Part shown: piece by piece, positions 62,507-64,000 of the stretch
Layout: each line of letters starts with the position of its first letter
Numbering within the stretch: the first letter of the stretch is position 1
Source: an uncultured Nitrospiraceae bacterium
GTDB lineage: Bacteria > Nitrospirota > Nitrospiria > Nitrospirales > Nitrospiraceae
DNA length: 64,000 nt
Direction of reading: 5' to 3'
Assembly: GCA_963730935.1 (NCBI GenBank)
Contig: CAVSTP010000004.1
Location: 672,001 to 736,000, forward strand
Made by a program: the position numbers and the translations under genes
The notes under the pieces: generated by a model
The model's database searches: none
Told to the model about the DNA's origin: nothing
What the model saw: the letters and a program-made list of their open reading frames with translations, nothing else

Positions 62507-62662
62507 ATGCACATTCCCGTCCGCGACGAAATCTTGGCCTGCACGCGTGCCTGTGAGGAAATACTGGCCAGTGGTATGACGTTGTCCGAGGAAGAGCGCA
62601 GCCTTCTCGAATACTACATGTCCCGTCTGTCACAGATCCCAAGAGCGATTCCGTCACCCTAA
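62507..62662 (+). CDS. 51-aa small protein (CE..LA/YY family), not in the ORF track
   Basis: MHIPVRDEILACTRACEEILASGMTLSEEERSLLEYYMSRLSQIPRAIPSP; GAGGG RBS; similar to the 63327 protein. Confidence 0.65.
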   Translation: MHIPVRDEILACTRACEEILASGMTLSEEERSLLEYYMSRLSQIPRAIPSP

Positions 62663-62809
62663 ACGGCACCGTGAGCAAGCGTTAGAAGCTCTGACATTCC
62701 TTCGCCGCCTGCTCACAGATTCGCTGAATATCTCGCAACCAGCCGGATCCGGCGGATTTCATCAAGGGGAAGATCGATATCCGACCAAGTAAGGTAGCCA
62801 GGTGACCGT

Positions 62810-63190
62810 ATGATTGATGTTCTCATCGTTGATGATCATCCCGTCATGCGCGAACTACTGGCGCAGGTGGTGCAGCGATACCCCGACCTATCTCTCATTG
62901 CAGAGGCCGGATATGGTGAGGAAGCCGTCAGCCAGGCAACCCGATTACAGCCTGCCGTTGCTTTGGTTGACGTCCATCTGCCCACGATGAGTGGGATTGA
63001 AACGACGAGACTGATCAAGCTGCGAAGCCCCTTGACCGTCATCATTGGTCTAACCGCTAGCGAACCAAACGATAACGACATGGCCATGCTGTCTGCTGGA
63101 GCAAGCGCAGTGATCAGCAAGGCGGATCTGTTTCATCGCCTCTACCCCTGCATCCTAGACGCGGTGAAAAGTCTAAAAGCTGCTATCTGA
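62810..63190 (+). CDS. Single-domain NarL-type receiver
   Basis: VDDHP, DVHLP..SGIE; no HTH domain. Confidence 0.88.
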   Translation: MIDVLIVDDHPVMRELLAQVVQRYPDLSLIAEAGYGEEAVSQATRLQPAVALVDVHLPTMSGIETTRLIKLRSPLTVIIGLTASEPNDNDMAMLSAGASAVISKADLFHRLYPCILDAVKSLKAAI

Positions 63191-63326
63191 TCTTTCAGCA
63201 GGTCGAATGACCGCTTGACCCAGCCTTCTAGAGCGCCTACGGTAGCTTCACTTCACTCCACTCCACCCTGTCCTGCGGCCTCCTGGAAGGCCCGACCGCC
63301 AGACACCTAATGAAAGGCGGTCCTCG

Positions 63327-63536
63327 ATGTCTAGCTCACCACTGCCCATCCGCCAAGACCTTCGTGATTTTTTCCGTGACTGCGAGCGAGTGTTAGCCAC
63401 CGTTCATGCTCCAGATCATGCGCCCTTCTCGCACGATGAACTGCAGATGATCTGTTACTATGCGAACGAAGTCGCCACGATGGCCGATTCGCAAAGGCTT
63501 GCTGAGCACAGGAATGGAAAACCGGCACTGACCTAG
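63327..63536 (+). CDS. 69-aa small protein (CE..LA/YY family)
   Basis: PIRQDLRDFFRDCERVLA...FSHDELQMICYY. Confidence 0.7.
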   Translation: MSSSPLPIRQDLRDFFRDCERVLATVHAPDHAPFSHDELQMICYYANEVATMADSQRLAEHRNGKPALT

Positions 63537-63573
63537 GATCGGATCCTCACGCTATTGCGAAGGATGTGTGATA

Positions 63574-64000
63574 ATGCTGCACGTTAAGCCAGGTCCCATC
63601 CGAGTTATCCTTGTCGACAATCACCCGTCATTTCGGCAAGGTTTACGATCCTTATTTGGCTCATATACGGACATTGAAGTCGTCGGCGAGGCCGAGAACG
63701 GTGAGGAAGTGGTCCATTCAATGCCCTATCTTTGTCCTTCGGCCATTGTCATGGACATAAACATGCCAAAGGTGAACGGCATTGAAGCTACCCGTACAAT
63801 CAAGGCTCATTATCCTCATGTGGTGATCGTGGGGTTATCTGTTCATGCGGACAACTTTTATCAAACGGCCATGCTTGCAGCCGGTGCTAAAAGCGTCGTC
63901 TCGAAAGGGATGGCGGGTCTCTTTCTGTATCGGCAGATCAAAGCCGGGGTAGAGAATTTACCGCCACTGCCCAACGCTGCCCAAAATAGTCATTTTTATT
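63574..64000 (+). CDS. NarL-type receiver protein (runs off right edge)
   Basis: Manual translation: IRVILVDNHPSFRQGL...VVGEAENGEE...MDINMPKVNGIEAT. Confidence 0.85.
   Translation, partial: MLHVKPGPIRVILVDNHPSFRQGLRSLFGSYTDIEVVGEAENGEEVVHSMPYLCPSAIVMDINMPKVNGIEATRTIKAHYPHVVIVGLSVHADNFYQTAMLAAGAKSVVSKGMAGLFLYRQIKAGVENLPPLPNAAQNSHFY

Larger units (their letters stand above)
57000..64000. mobile_element. Putative genomic island integrated at tRNA-Gly (right boundary outside window)
   Basis: Starts at the tRNA fragment; visibly more AT-rich, lower coding density, accessory genes; no integrase within the window. Confidence 0.6.

Overview
GC-rich bacterial window whose gene content points to Nitrospira (inferred from gene types, not from a search). 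Left to right: (1) 1-25 kb, core and housekeeping genes: 5' end of zwf, YjbQ, AEC transporter, CBS protein, DeaD helicase, pyrophosphatase, HrpB, an FAD/Fe-S oxidoreductase with a small diheme cytochrome c and a MoaD/ThiS protein, a 2-hydroxyacid dehydrogenase, an SgmX-like TPR protein, a cold-shock protein, and lptF-lptG-fabF-acp-lpxD. (2) 25.4-38.1 kb, a type IV pilus-class (Pil-Chp-like) chemosensory operon with unusual accessories: a stand-alone heme-c protein at its head, a receiver/coiled-coil protein, two paralogous His-less pseudo-Hpt modules and a degenerate HD-GYP domain. (3) 38.6-54.5 kb, a corrinoid uptake, salvage and remodelling operon with two cobalamin riboswitches and an embedded nitrilase-family gene. 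(4) rpmB, then the 3' half of tRNA-Gly(CCC) at 56953-56999, which probably marks the att boundary of an integrated island running off the right end. The island carries orphan receiver proteins, two of them each preceded by a member of the same small CE..LA/YY protein family. Many single-base frameshifts between about 49.5 and 61 kb look like assembly errors. All homology calls come from motif recognition; no searches were run.
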